Positions 30,576 to 41,491 of a DNA stretch of 64,000 nt are shown piece after piece. Numbering within the stretch: the stretch's first letter is position 1; the number at the start of each line of letters is the position of its first letter. Below the pieces are notes generated by a model. That model ran no database searches, was not told the origin of the DNA, and was given only the letters and a program-made list of their open reading frames with translations. Source of the DNA: an uncultured cyanobacterium. Lineage in GTDB: Bacteria; Cyanobacteriota; Cyanobacteriia; PCC-9006; JAAUQQ01. A program made the position numbers and the translations under genes. The DNA lies in the NCBI GenBank assembly GCA_963718615.1, contig OY970368.1, forward strand, positions 3,648,001-3,712,000, given 5' to 3'.

Positions 30576-31853
30576 ATGGTTGAGCCATCCCCCCCAAGTT
30601 CAATGAAGTGGGCGAGCGCCCTATCCACCCGCCCGTCCCTAGAGGCTGCGGTGGACGAGGTGATCGCGGCAACTCAAGCAGACCTTGGGGCTCCCGCAGA
30701 TTTAGCCTTGGTCTTTATCTCATCAACCTTTGCCAGTGAATATCCCCGACTCCTACCGCTACTCCAGGAGCGATTGCCCGTGGCGGCGCTGATTGGCTGC
30801 GGAGCTGGGGGGATTGTGGGGAATCGGATTGAGCAAATCGGCAAGATACCTCTGGACCCAGAGCAGATTTCAGAAATTGAAGATGAACCGGCGTTGGCGC
30901 TTTGCTTGGCGTCCTTACCGGGCGTCTCTGTGAAGGCGTTTTGGCTCGATGAAGAAGAATTGCCGGATTTGGATTCTCCGCCCCAGGCTTGGGTCGATTA
31001 TGTGGGAGTCCCGCCTGAGACCAGACCAGAATTTATTTTGATTGCGGATCCCTTTACATCACAGATTAGTGATTTGCTCCAGGGGTTAGATTTTGCCTAT
31101 CCTGCTTCAATCAAGGTGGGAGGCATGGCCAGTGGCGGCACCGCGAATCGCGCTAATGGTCTCTTTTGCAATGACCAATATTATGAAGAAGGTACGGTGG
31201 GCGTGGCGTTGAGTGGCAACATCACGATCAAGGCGGTGGTGGCCCAAGGTTGCCGCCCGGTCGGGCCAATCTTCCGGGTGATTGAGGGAGAACGCAACAT
31301 TATTTTGCAGATAGAGGAAGAATTGGGCGATCGCCCCCTCGATGCCTCTCCCCTAGAAGCTCTCCAAGGTCTATTGCGGGAACTCACCGAAGACGATCGC
31401 GAGCTGGCCCAACATTCTTTATTTGTGGGCGTAGCCTATAGCGAATTTCAGACCCATTTAGAACAGGGGAATTTTTTGATCCGCAGTCTCGTGGGCATTG
31501 ACCCTCGGGTGGGGGCTGTGGCCATTGGCGATCGCGTTCGACCAGGACAACGCATTCAGTTCCATTTGCGAGATGCTGAAGCCGCAACCCGAGATCTGGA
31601 GCGTTGTCTCGAACAGCATAGTAAGGCTATGGGAAACCAGTTGCCCTTAGGGGCTTTAATGTTTTCCTGTATTGGCCGTGGAGCTGATCTCTACGATGCC
31701 GAAAATGTCGACTCCAGTATTTTGCTGCGCTACCTTCCGCCTGTAGCGGTCGGTGGGTTCTTTAGCAATGGAGAAATTGGTCCCATTGGCCGAAATACTT
31801 ATCTACATGGCTATACGTCGGTTTTTGGTTTGATTTATGAGCGGAATGCCTAG
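30576..31853 (+). CDS. FIST signal-transduction protein
   Basis: MKWASALST, VAQGCRP, QFHLRD, FSCIGRG, GFFSNGEIGP, LHGYT. Confidence 0.9.
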   Translation: MVEPSPPSSMKWASALSTRPSLEAAVDEVIAATQADLGAPADLALVFISSTFASEYPRLLPLLQERLPVAALIGCGAGGIVGNRIEQIGKIPLDPEQISEIEDEPALALCLASLPGVSVKAFWLDEEELPDLDSPPQAWVDYVGVPPETRPEFILIADPFTSQISDLLQGLDFAYPASIKVGGMASGGTANRANGLFCNDQYYEEGTVGVALSGNITIKAVVAQGCRPVGPIFRVIEGERNIILQIEEELGDRPLDASPLEALQGLLRELTEDDRELAQHSLFVGVAYSEFQTHLEQGNFLIRSLVGIDPRVGAVAIGDRVRPGQRIQFHLRDAEAATRDLERCLEQHSKAMGNQLPLGALMFSCIGRGADLYDAENVDSSILLRYLPPVAVGGFFSNGEIGPIGRNTYLHGYTSVFGLIYERNA

Positions 31854-31882
31854 AGTTTGCTGATAGCTCGCTTAGAGTTTGC

Positions 31883-33142
31883 CTAGACCTCACTGGCAGA
31901 AGCCGTCGCCTCTAGGGCCCCCGAAAGATAGCGATCGACCAAGGGCAAGATTTTGTCAGCCTTCACGGGTTTTCCGACAAAATCAGTGGCTCCCACCATC
32001 TTGGCCCGGACTCGATCAATCACCCCATCATTGCCGGTCAAAATTACAATGGGCACCTCTCTAAAGGCTGAAACCCGCCGAATTTGCTTACACAGCTCAT
32101 AGCCATTGGCGACAGGCATAACCAAATCTAAAAAGATCAGTGCGGGTTTTTGACGCAAAATGGTCGCGACCGCCTCAACAGCCTCCTGCACACAAATGAC
32201 TTGATAGCCTGCTTCCGTCAGCATTTGCTCCATGAGATAGCAAATTTGTGGACTATCATCCACACAGAGAATCGTTTTCCCTCTGTTTTTTCCGACTGAG
32301 GCGGCTGAGGACCCTGGTCTGGATGGACCCGAAGAGGAAGCTCGGGTGGTAGTTTGGGGGACCGTTCCTGTCCGGCCAAGCTGGGGTTCGGGCAAGTCGG
32401 GGACTTGCTCTAGGGTAATAATGTCTTGGTCTTTATAAACCGCTAGCAGTCGGGCCAGGGTGGTCAAATCTTTCTGCATTTTGACCGCTAAATCCCGCAC
32501 GGAACGCTTGCCGTTGAGTACCGTCAGAAATCGTTCGTGGGTAGGTGGGATGGAGCGCCCATGCTGACGCATCCCTTCCTCATTAATTTGAGGAGCGCAG
32601 TTAGGAGATTGCAGTCCCAGTTCCGTCACTTGCCAAGCCCGGAAGCTCGCATGCGCTCGCGCAATGGACTCATCATAGGAGCCCAGAACGGTCACAGGCG
32701 ACTCTGGCATCTCCTGTTCTTCGGTGTCGCAACTGACCTCAACAATACTAGAAGCTGCTAAAAACGCATCAAATAGGACCTCATTTACCGTGTTGTCGAT
32801 GGCAAATTGCATCGATTTCCGCGTAATCCGCCGCTGCTCGTATAGCTGGGTCAAGATGTAATGCTCTAGCTGAACTGGCTCCCCTTCGATGGAGAATTCG
32901 ATTGATTTGGGCGGAATGCGCAACTGTCGCAACTGTCGATACCAGCGTCGCCAGCGATGATTTCCCCCTGAAGCCCAAACTACTCTGCCCGAGGCAAAGT
33001 AAAGACTCCATTCCTGCTCCACATCCGTTTTGATGCCGAGCTTGCCTTGACCTTCACTTTGGATGATTTGTTGAATCGTACCCGCTAGGTTTAGGGCGGT
33101 GAGACCGTTTTTGACTGGATATATGCGTTCTGCTGTCGCCAT
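31883..33142 (-). CDS. PatA-family response regulator (N-terminal PATAN/DUF4388 + receiver)
   Basis: CVDDS, FLDLVMP, GATDFVGKP receiver; N-terminal SLYFASGRVVWASGG. Confidence 0.88.
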   Translation of the reverse strand: MATAERIYPVKNGLTALNLAGTIQQIIQSEGQGKLGIKTDVEQEWSLYFASGRVVWASGGNHRWRRWYRQLRQLRIPPKSIEFSIEGEPVQLEHYILTQLYEQRRITRKSMQFAIDNTVNEVLFDAFLAASSIVEVSCDTEEQEMPESPVTVLGSYDESIARAHASFRAWQVTELGLQSPNCAPQINEEGMRQHGRSIPPTHERFLTVLNGKRSVRDLAVKMQKDLTTLARLLAVYKDQDIITLEQVPDLPEPQLGRTGTVPQTTTRASSSGPSRPGSSAASVGKNRGKTILCVDDSPQICYLMEQMLTEAGYQVICVQEAVEAVATILRQKPALIFLDLVMPVANGYELCKQIRRVSAFREVPIVILTGNDGVIDRVRAKMVGATDFVGKPVKADKILPLVDRYLSGALEATASASEV

Positions 33143-33414
33143 AATTCGAGGGATTGTCTGGTTGTACCCCTTTTGCCCTGACTTCTCAACAACCTAAAAC
33201 ATGAAGGGGAATGGGTTGTGGCTGCACGTCTGAACTTGCACGGGTGGTAATTGCGCAAGGACAATTTAGGTCCAATTAGGTTTAGAGTGCCCGGATTATG
33301 GTGAGGCGAATCAATACACCAAAAAACGTCGTAGAAAGAATATTCTTTCTACTGCGCTCACCCTGCTACCGCTAGGGTTCTATCTGGCTTGCTCCCGAAG
33401 GGAGCTGAAAACCT

Positions 33415-33732
33415 CTAGGCTTCTTCAGAGGAATCTGTAGTTTTTTCGCTTGGGGATGAATTGTAGAGTGCATCTAGTTTGCTGCGCACTTCGTCGATGG
33501 GAAGCGATCGCATCACCAAAAGCGGCTCATTGAGCAATTCTCCCGCATTATTAAATAGCTCCGGATGGGGCGTTCGCTGAGGTCTGGGCGGCTCGGGGGA
33601 TTGAGGGTCGAGTCCTTGGGCGGGCATGCCCCGCTGAGAATCGCGCCCCAGAACAAACATATTGCGAATTAAGTTCCCCACAGCCAGCACTGCCAGGACG
33701 GTGAATACCAGCATATAAAGCAGATGCAGCAT
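33415..33732 (-). CDS. DUF2973-family protein
   Basis: MLHLLY..., HPELF...EPLLVMRS. Confidence 0.8.
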   Translation of the reverse strand: MLHLLYMLVFTVLAVLAVGNLIRNMFVLGRDSQRGMPAQGLDPQSPEPPRPQRTPHPELFNNAGELLNEPLLVMRSLPIDEVRSKLDALYNSSPSEKTTDSSEEA

Positions 33733-33922
33733 GGAAGATCCTCCAATCATTTCAATATCCTCAGGGGAAGCGGTCAACGGGTTAACTAAAAACTAAAAAA
33801 CTTAACTTGATGCTATGGGGGGGCTCCAATGGGTTCAAAATTCGTTCAAAACTGATTAAAGAATGATTAAAAAACTAGCTGGATTGACGCCCGGTTTACA
33901 AAATTCGTTTAGCAAAATTTGT

Positions 33923-34249
33923 TTAGCTCTGAGAGGAAGTTGAGCGGTGCTGTACAGTCATGCCGACTTGCCAACACTCCAACACCAGTTGGTGCCAAGG
34001 GACAAGAATCGACGTTTCAATGCCTGCTTTGCCGCCGGTCGCATTGAGGAGGGCCTGGGCGGAACTCACTTCTTTCTGAGTCTGTTGAATCCGGGCTAGC
34101 AATTGGGCCTGCTCTTGGGCCTCTAGAACATTAACCTCTTCTGTTTCCAGTAGCCGACGCGTCCGTCCAAACCAAAATTGAAAATCTTCGAGCAGGGGTT
34201 GGAGCACTGCTTTGAGTAATTCGGGTTCAGAGACTGAAGGGTTGAGCAT
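33923..34249 (-). CDS. DUF2605-family protein
   Basis: LLEDFQFWF, PWHQLVLECW. Confidence 0.8.
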   Translation of the reverse strand: MLNPSVSEPELLKAVLQPLLEDFQFWFGRTRRLLETEEVNVLEAQEQAQLLARIQQTQKEVSSAQALLNATGGKAGIETSILVPWHQLVLECWQVGMTVQHRSTSSQS

Positions 34250-34507
34250 GACAGCACAGTTGAGCCAATATAAACAACAGGACTGAGGTGGACTGAGGTC
34301 AAGGGTTCTCCATGCCTGTTGCTCTAAATATTAACGTGATTTACTGGGCGTAATGAACCTTCTTTAGGTTTACTTATCAGCTTGGGGGTCTGGGGTCGGC
34401 ACCGGTTTGCGAGCAACCGCTAAGATAAGACAATGGACGGCGGTCCAGTAAAATGTGCTGCTGGCGATCGCCACCCAATTCGTTTCGTTTCATTCATTTC
34501 TCAAGTT

Positions 34508-36316
34508 ATGCCCCCCGCCTCCGCCGCAGAACCCATCCGTTTATCCAAGACCAGTGAGTCTGAACAGCTAAAGAAGATTCGCCACACCACCTCCCATGTG
34601 ATGGCCATGGCGGTGCAAAAGCTGTTTCCCAAGGCTCAAGTGACCATTGGTCCTTGGACGGAAAATGGATTTTATTATGACTTTGATACGCCGGATGCCT
34701 TTACGGAAAAGGATCTGAAGGCCATCAAAAAGGAGATGGTCAAGATCATCCATAAAAAACTGCCGGTGATTCGCGAAGAAGTGAGCCGCGAGGAGGCAGA
34801 AATCCGAATTAAGGCCCTAGGGGAGCCCTACAAGCTGGAAATTCTCGCTGGAATTCAGGAGCCCATTACGCTCTATCACTTGGGTGAGGAGTGGTGGGAT
34901 TTGTGTGCCGGTCCCCATGTGGAGAGCACGGCGGAGCTGAATCCGAAGGCGATCGCCCTAGAATCTGTCGCGGGAGCCTACTGGCGCGGCGATGAAACCA
35001 AAGCTCAACTCCAGCGCATCTACGGCACTGCTTGGGAAACGCCGGATCAACTGGCGGAATATCAGCGCCGCAAGGAAGAAGCCCTGAAGCGGGACCACCG
35101 CAAGCTGGGTAAGGAACTCGGTCTGTTTTTATTCACGGATATCGTTGGACCCGGTTTGCCCCTCTGGACTCCCAAGGGCACGATACTGCGCAGCACCCTA
35201 GAAGACTTCCTCAAGCAGGAGCAAACGAAGCGGGGCTATCTGCCGGTGGTAACGCCCCACATTGCCCGTGTCGATTTGTTTAAAACCTCCGGGCACTGGC
35301 AAAAATACAGCGAGGACATGTTTCCGATGATGGCGGAAAATGAGGCCGCTCGCTTGCAGGAACAGGGCTTTGTGATGAAGCCGATGAACTGCCCGTTCCA
35401 CATCCAAATCTATAAGAACGAACTGCGGTCTTACAAAGAATTGCCCATGCGTTTGGCGGAGTTTGGCACGGTCTATCGCTATGAGCAGTCCGGTGAGTTG
35501 GGGGGCTTGACCCGCGTCCGGGGCTTTACCGTGGATGACTCCCATCTGTTTGTGACACCAGAGCAGCTCGACGAAGAATTTCTCAGCGTGGTGGATTTGA
35601 TTCTAGAAGTCTTTAAGAGTTTGCAGCTCAAGAACTTCAAGGCCCGCCTCAGTTTCCGCGACCCCGAATCGGACAAGTACATCGGCACCGACGATGTCTG
35701 GGAAAAATCCCAAAATGCCATCCGCCGGGCTGTGGAAAAGCTGGGCATGGAACATTTCGAGGGCATTGGCGAAGCGGCATTTTACGGTCCCAAGCTGGAC
35801 TTTATCTTTACGGATGTCCTGGAACGGGAGTGGCAACTGGGGACCGTGCAGGTGGATTACAACCTACCGGAGCGATTTGACCTGGAGTATGTCGCTGAAG
35901 ACGGCAGCCGCCAGCGTCCCGTGATGATCCACCGGGCTCCCTTTGGCTCCTTGGAGCGCTTGATTGGCATTTTGATCGAGCAATATGCGGGAGATTTTCC
36001 GCTTTGGCTGGCTCCCGAGCAGGTGCGGCTGCTGGCCGTGACGGAGGACTTTTTGCCCTTCTGTGAGAATGTGGCAAATCAAATGCGATCGCTCGGCGTC
36101 CGGGTTGCCGTGGATCGGGGGGGCGATCGCCTCGGAAAAATGATCCGCAATGCCGAAAAAACCAAAATCCCCGTCATGGCCGTAGTCGGCGCGAAGGAAG
36201 TGGAAAATAATGCGCTCAATATTCGCACCCGCAGGTCTGGAGAATTGGGGGAGCTGACGGTGGCAGAGGTCTTGGAACGGCTGAAGACGGCCCTGGCAGA
36301 ACGGGGAGAGTTTTAG
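34508..36316 (+). CDS. thrS: Threonine--tRNA ligase
   Basis: RHTTSH, DLCAGPH, RDHRKLG, KPMNCP, YRYEQSGEL, AFYGPKLD, IHRA. Confidence 0.97.
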   Translation: MPPASAAEPIRLSKTSESEQLKKIRHTTSHVMAMAVQKLFPKAQVTIGPWTENGFYYDFDTPDAFTEKDLKAIKKEMVKIIHKKLPVIREEVSREEAEIRIKALGEPYKLEILAGIQEPITLYHLGEEWWDLCAGPHVESTAELNPKAIALESVAGAYWRGDETKAQLQRIYGTAWETPDQLAEYQRRKEEALKRDHRKLGKELGLFLFTDIVGPGLPLWTPKGTILRSTLEDFLKQEQTKRGYLPVVTPHIARVDLFKTSGHWQKYSEDMFPMMAENEAARLQEQGFVMKPMNCPFHIQIYKNELRSYKELPMRLAEFGTVYRYEQSGELGGLTRVRGFTVDDSHLFVTPEQLDEEFLSVVDLILEVFKSLQLKNFKARLSFRDPESDKYIGTDDVWEKSQNAIRRAVEKLGMEHFEGIGEAAFYGPKLDFIFTDVLEREWQLGTVQVDYNLPERFDLEYVAEDGSRQRPVMIHRAPFGSLERLIGILIEQYAGDFPLWLAPEQVRLLAVTEDFLPFCENVANQMRSLGVRVAVDRGGDRLGKMIRNAEKTKIPVMAVVGAKEVENNALNIRTRRSGELGELTVAEVLERLKTALAERGEF

Positions 36317-36366
36317 AGCGTTGAACGATGACCGCTAGAAAATAGCTGAATCAGAGGCCAAACCGT

Positions 36367-37332
36367 TCATCCCCGCTGGCTCACCAGCCAATTCATCACC
36401 CGCTCACCCAACCGCACATTGCTCAACCGATCGATTTCGCGAATCCCCGTGGGGCTCGTGACATTCACCTCCGTGAGCAACCCGCCAATTACATCAATCC
36501 CAACAAAATACAACCCATCCCGCTGAAGAGCCGGTGCCACCTGTCGACAAATTTCCAGATCGCGATCGGTCATCACAGTTGCGTCTGCACGCCCCCCCAC
36601 CGCCATATTGCCGCGAAACTCGTCCGCCGCTGGCACCCGGTTGACTGCGCCCAAGGGTTCACCCTCAAGCAGAATAATCCGCTTGTCTCCCTCCCGTGCC
36701 GCCGGTAAATAGGTCTGCACCATGACTGGAAATCGGCCTCGATGGGTGCTGATTTCGATCATGGATTTGAGATTGCGATCGCCCCATTCCAAAAACAAAA
36801 TCCCTTCCCCCGCCTTACCATCTAGGGGCTTGAGCACTGCCTTCTGGTGCTCCTCAACAAATTTTAGAATCTCCGACATCCCTGTACTGACTTGGGTGGT
36901 CGGGATTACCGACTGAAATTGTAAGGCATACATTTTTTCATTAGCCTTGCGCAGACCATTGGGTGAATTGATCACCAAGGTTTTTTCCGGGTCTACATAA
37001 TCCAAAATGTAGGTCGCGTAAAAGTAGGCCGCATCCGCTGGCGGATCCTTGCGCATGAAAACAGCCTGCATGTCTTCCAGCGGCAAAAACACCGACTCCC
37101 CTAGCTGATACCAAGGAGATGCCGCCTGCCACCGCTCCTCGCCCAGGGTCACGGGAATGAGCTGAACCGGTTGCAGCCTTGCCCAAGCTTTGCCCTGGAT
37201 GACGCTGAGTTGGCCAAGTTGACCGATCCAGACTTCGTGGCCCCCTTGCTGGGCGGCTTCCATCATGGCAACGCTGGAATCATGGCCAGGGTCAAGGCGA
37301 TCGATCGGGTCAATAATAAAGGCAACTTTCAC
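36367..37332 (-). CDS. gshB: Glutathione synthetase
   Basis: MRKDPP, ANEK, GDKRI, FRGNMAVGG, EVNVTSPTG. Confidence 0.96.
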   Translation of the reverse strand: MKVAFIIDPIDRLDPGHDSSVAMMEAAQQGGHEVWIGQLGQLSVIQGKAWARLQPVQLIPVTLGEERWQAASPWYQLGESVFLPLEDMQAVFMRKDPPADAAYFYATYILDYVDPEKTLVINSPNGLRKANEKMYALQFQSVIPTTQVSTGMSEILKFVEEHQKAVLKPLDGKAGEGILFLEWGDRNLKSMIEISTHRGRFPVMVQTYLPAAREGDKRIILLEGEPLGAVNRVPAADEFRGNMAVGGRADATVMTDRDLEICRQVAPALQRDGLYFVGIDVIGGLLTEVNVTSPTGIREIDRLSNVRLGERVMNWLVSQRG

Positions 37333-37439
37333 AGCAAAGGTCTCACAATAGCGTGGATGGAAATGGCATCAGAGACGAGGACATGGCAATACCACAGCAA
37401 TACTATGGCCATACCATGTCCCCATTGGCTTAAGTTAGG

Positions 37440-37706
37440 CTAAGCGGCTTGCAGCAAGGAATCCAGTTTGCCATTGCGATCGAGCGCATGAATATCATCA
37501 CAGCCCCCCACATGTTGATCATCAATAAAAATCTGGGGAACACTACGGCGTCCAGCAGCCCGCTCTGACATTTTGCTCCGAGCCGCTTCGTCACCATCAA
37601 TAACGTATTCGGTATATTCGACTCCCTTCTTAGCGAGCAGCGCCTTGGCGCGGATGCAAAAGGGACAAGTTCTCCAGGTGTAAATTTCAACGTTGGCTTT
37701 GTGCAT
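37440..37706 (-). CDS. grxC: Glutaredoxin 3
   Basis: CPFC, SVPQIFI, GGCDD; upstream of gshB. Confidence 0.93.
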   Translation of the reverse strand: MHKANVEIYTWRTCPFCIRAKALLAKKGVEYTEYVIDGDEAARSKMSERAAGRRSVPQIFIDDQHVGGCDDIHALDRNGKLDSLLQAA

Positions 37707-37894
37707 GGGATACCTCTTTTGCGCAGAATATTCAGTCGGTCTGTCACTCGGTGGGTGGCAAAACGACCCAATTGTTAAGGAATATGTCCGACTCCATTTT
37801 ATCCAGATCAAAAGGCCTCTGCGTCAACAGAGGCCCAAATTTCCTAACTTGATTCGGTCATTATGGCGTTATGTCATGGCGTTACGTCGCCCTC

Positions 37895-38821
37895 CTAAGC
37901 TTCCACAACGACCTTGGCCTGCTTCCGCTTGCGCCAAGCGAGACCGCTCATCATGCCGACAACGGCAAGACCTGCGACCGGTGAGGATTCCGGCACGGGC
38001 TGAGCGCTCTTGACGTTCCCCAGAATTTGACCATCAAGGACGACGCCATCGTTACCGCATTCTGCAAACAGGTGAGCTACAAAGTTACCAATTTGCAGAC
38101 TAGACTTCTCGACGCTGAATCCGAAAGTATATTTGCCCACAGCCCCAAAGTTACCGAAATCTAAATCGGAATCAAAGCTGTCTAGCATCGTAACACTACT
38201 GGCATAGGTACCAGATTTCATGTTGGTGCGAGCGGCAGCATTTTGATTGAAATAGGTTGTATTGGCTTCCAGGTCTCCAAACGAAGCTTCGCCTTTTTCA
38301 TTTTTAGAAACCTTGAGGCCACTCACAGTATTGGTATTTTGCTTGATACTGGAATAGCCTTGATTGACCGTCGTTAGACTTTGAGACGTCACATCGCTAT
38401 ACAATCCTATCGATTGGGTTGTATCGTTCTGGGCAAATTTCACTGCATAGAGATCACTAGACCCTTCCGCATTGGCGAAGTTATCCGTATCAGCAAAGTT
38501 AATGAAGAGATCGCCATAACCAATGCTGCCCCCCCGAGCGCCCTTAGATAAATAACCATCCAGCGACAAATTACTATTTACAGCAAAGACCACTTTGTCG
38601 TCGTATTCCCGAAAGGCTAAGCCATAAAATTCAAAGGCGCTCTTATTACCAATCACACTACCTTCAGTTCCATCCTTAAAGGAATCAATGGAGTAGTTCC
38701 AGCCGTTAAAGATTTCACCAGCCTGAGCTGCTTGGGGTGCAACCACGGCACAGCCTAATGCAGAAGCAACGAGCAATAGGGTTCTGATGGACTTGATCGC
38801 TTTGGAGTTGAGTACGTTCAT
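37895..38821 (-). CDS. PEP-CTERM-like exosortase-targeted surface protein
   Basis: Signal peptide AQAG, GWNYSIDSF, ECGND, C-terminal VPESS + TM + RKRK. Confidence 0.82.
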   Translation of the reverse strand: MNVLNSKAIKSIRTLLLVASALGCAVVAPQAAQAGEIFNGWNYSIDSFKDGTEGSVIGNKSAFEFYGLAFREYDDKVVFAVNSNLSLDGYLSKGARGGSIGYGDLFINFADTDNFANAEGSSDLYAVKFAQNDTTQSIGLYSDVTSQSLTTVNQGYSSIKQNTNTVSGLKVSKNEKGEASFGDLEANTTYFNQNAAARTNMKSGTYASSVTMLDSFDSDLDFGNFGAVGKYTFGFSVEKSSLQIGNFVAHLFAECGNDGVVLDGQILGNVKSAQPVPESSPVAGLAVVGMMSGLAWRKRKQAKVVVEA

Positions 38822-39230
38822 AATTTTCACCGCCGTGGAATACATCTGAGCAAAATGCAGCGGTAGATGCACAGGTTTTTAAGTAGACGTTGTTTCGCGA
38901 CTCAGAGTGACTGTTATGTGTCGCTTACGTGCAACATCCTGGCACGGGGTCATGGCAAAGCGGTATAGAACCGACCTGATTTTATGAGAAATAGGCAAAG
39001 ACTGGCAGTCTATCTAAAGTCCAAATCAATTGCTTTTTCTCAAAACTTCAAGGGTGAAAAATTAAGGATTTTCACGGAGTAGGAATGGCTGAATGTATTT
39101 CATATACGAAATTTGTGCGGAAAAAGAGCGATCGCCCTTGCGCCCTCCCTTAGATTGCCCTCAGAGAAGCCCAAAAATTGCACCTCAATCCTATGACTGA
39201 GGCGCATAACCAAGGGCTCAAACTAGATTT

Positions 39231-40916
39231 TTACTCGGCTATGGCATACTGAACTAATTGGCCTAAGCGCTGGCGTAAAGTTTCGAGACCCAGGCGATCG
39301 CGGGCAGAGACAAATAGCGCTTGGGGATATTCTTCTTTGGCTTCTTCCAAACGATCGAGATCCACCAAGTCGACTTTATTTAACACGAGTAAAATAGGTC
39401 CCGGCGTCACGGGCATATCGGATAAAATCGACATCACCGCCCGAATTTGACTTTGCCAAGCGGGATGGGAAAGGTCCACCAAATGCAACAAGGCATCCGC
39501 CTCGGTCACTTCCTCCAGGGTTGCACGGAAAGCATCCACCAAGGAGGGGGGAAGCTCGTGGATAAATCCCACAGTATCAGTCAGTAGAATTGTCCGGTGA
39601 TTCTCCGCCTCAGTATCCGAAATCCTGAGCTTTCGCGTTGTGGGGTCGAGCGTTGCAAAAAGCTGGTCGGCTGCATAGACATCGGAATGGGTCAACGTAT
39701 TAAGCAGTGTTGACTTCCCTGCATTGGTATAGCCGACCAAGGCAATGGACGGGACCGACTGGCGCTGACGGTGTTGCCGCAGTCTGGCCCGGTGAGCCTG
39801 AAGTTCATCCACCTGCTGTTGAAGCCGAGAAATCCGACGCTGGATGGCCCGACGTTCGGTTTCGAGCTTGGTTTCCCCTGGACCACGGGTGCCGATACCA
39901 CCGCCCAACCGAGACATGGCCAAGCCTCGACCCGCTAGCCGAGGCAATTGGTATTCCAACTGAGCCAGCTCCACCTGGAGTTTACCGGCTCCGGTCTTGG
40001 CTCGCTGGGCAAAAATATCGAGAATGACTTCCGTGCGATCGACTACCCGCAGTCCAATGCGTCGCTCCAGGTTGCGCACTTGCATGGGGGATAAATCGCG
40101 GTTAAAGACAATCAAACTGGCTCCCACGGTTTGAGCGGCCAGGGCAATTTCTTCGATCTTGCCGTCGCCGACAACGGTTTGGGGGTGGGGTTGCGATCGC
40201 TTCTGCTTCACCACATCCAGCACATCTCCGCCCGCCGATTCGACCAAGCGTTTGAGTTCGGCGAGGGTGTCTTGAAACTGAAGGCGATCGTCTCGATTCG
40301 TCTGTAGCCCGACAATGAGGACGCGATCGTGACCCGGTTCGACTTCCTGGGCTTGGGCTTGGCGGCGAAACTCTGCTTCTAAGCCTTCAACCAGATCGAG
40401 AAAATCCTGTTCGGCGAGGTCCTCCAGCGGTTGCGGCGGCGAAATACTCCAACGGGCCTCCGGATGGGGAATCAAGTGGGCCAAATAGACGCTGTCGACA
40501 TAACCCGTCGCTCCGCCGCCGCGTCGCGTAAAACCCTGTCCTGTCAATGCTAGGGTCACCAAGGCATCAAGCCGCTGCAGCGCCATGGCCGTAAGCTGGG
40601 CTTCATTGGGGGGCGTCGGTTTGAGTTCCGTGGTGATGCAACGAATTCCGCAGAGCCGTTCCGCACCGTAGCGCGGCAGTTCCAGGGGCGAAATTTGGGT
40701 TTGGCGAACCGTACCAACCCCCACCCGAATGACCTGGCCCCGGCGATTGAGATAGACCGAGACCGGCTGACTCAGATCCGTGCTGAGCGCGGCGATCCGC
40801 TGGGCAAATTCTGGGGTGGTGAGGCGATCGCCCGGTAGTCGCTGCTGATAAAGCCGCTGGAGTTGCTTGAGCTGGTTGGGCTTGAGGCCCTTGAGGTTGC
40901 CGTAGACAGTCTCGAT
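39231..40916 (-). CDS. hflX: Ribosome-splitting GTPase HflX (ATC start codon)
   Basis: GPGETKLE, GYTNAGKS, LFATLD, DTVGF, NKVD; frame extends to ATC-GAG-ACT-GTC-TAC-GGC-AAC (xETVYGNLKGLK) preceded by AGGAG and an in-frame TAG. Confidence 0.93.
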   Translation of the reverse strand: METVYGNLKGLKPNQLKQLQRLYQQRLPGDRLTTPEFAQRIAALSTDLSQPVSVYLNRRGQVIRVGVGTVRQTQISPLELPRYGAERLCGIRCITTELKPTPPNEAQLTAMALQRLDALVTLALTGQGFTRRGGGATGYVDSVYLAHLIPHPEARWSISPPQPLEDLAEQDFLDLVEGLEAEFRRQAQAQEVEPGHDRVLIVGLQTNRDDRLQFQDTLAELKRLVESAGGDVLDVVKQKRSQPHPQTVVGDGKIEEIALAAQTVGASLIVFNRDLSPMQVRNLERRIGLRVVDRTEVILDIFAQRAKTGAGKLQVELAQLEYQLPRLAGRGLAMSRLGGGIGTRGPGETKLETERRAIQRRISRLQQQVDELQAHRARLRQHRQRQSVPSIALVGYTNAGKSTLLNTLTHSDVYAADQLFATLDPTTRKLRISDTEAENHRTILLTDTVGFIHELPPSLVDAFRATLEEVTEADALLHLVDLSHPAWQSQIRAVMSILSDMPVTPGPILLVLNKVDLVDLDRLEEAKEEYPQALFVSARDRLGLETLRQRLGQLVQYAIAE

Positions 40917-40952
40917 AGGTCGATGCTCCTAGGGGGATAACAGGCTTATTTT

Positions 40953-41441
40953 TTAGGATAGCGATTTTTGATAAAGGCGATCGCATCGAGCGGTTTCGAT
41001 TTCACTGGGATCCCGTTGCTGGTAGCCGCTGGCTTCGTAGAGCGCGACGGCTCCAGCAAGAACGGTAGCGGTTTCCAGCCAAATTTGTGCAAAGCCCCGC
41101 TGGCGAATTTCAGCTTCGAGGGTTTGCAACAGATAGCGGCCTAGACCCTGACCACGAACGCTGGGATGGAGGTACATTTTGCGCAATTCGACGGCCTTGT
41201 GACCTCTAGAAATGGGATAAAACCCAATGGTTCCCACGACCATTCCGGCCTGTTCTGCCACCCAAAAGGCTCCCCCGGTTTGCCAATAGGCCCGTTCAAC
41301 GTCAAGGACATCGCGATCGACCCCGTCCGGATCGCAGCAGAGTCGGAATTCTGCCAAGACTTGGGCAATCAGTTGAGCGGCGGGGTGGCGATCGCGGGGC
41401 TCCCAGTCTCGAATCCAAAAATCACGGTATTGATAAGCCAT
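40953..41441 (-). CDS. GNAT-family N-acetyltransferase
   Basis: ELRKMYL, RGQGLG, LYEASGY. Confidence 0.88.
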   Translation of the reverse strand: MAYQYRDFWIRDWEPRDRHPAAQLIAQVLAEFRLCCDPDGVDRDVLDVERAYWQTGGAFWVAEQAGMVVGTIGFYPISRGHKAVELRKMYLHPSVRGQGLGRYLLQTLEAEIRQRGFAQIWLETATVLAGAVALYEASGYQQRDPSEIETARCDRLYQKSLS

Positions 41442-41451
41442 TGCCAATATC

Positions 41452-41491
41452 TCCTGACCGTTAACTCCTGACCGTTAACCCCTGACCGTTA
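41452..41491. repeat. 14-bp tandem repeat x3
   Basis: tcctgaccgttaac tcctgaccgttaac ccctgaccgttag. Confidence 0.8.

Noticed and set aside
34508-36316. Short ThrRS lacking the N-terminal TGS domain
   Set aside because: Common for cyanobacterial ThrRS; not unusual
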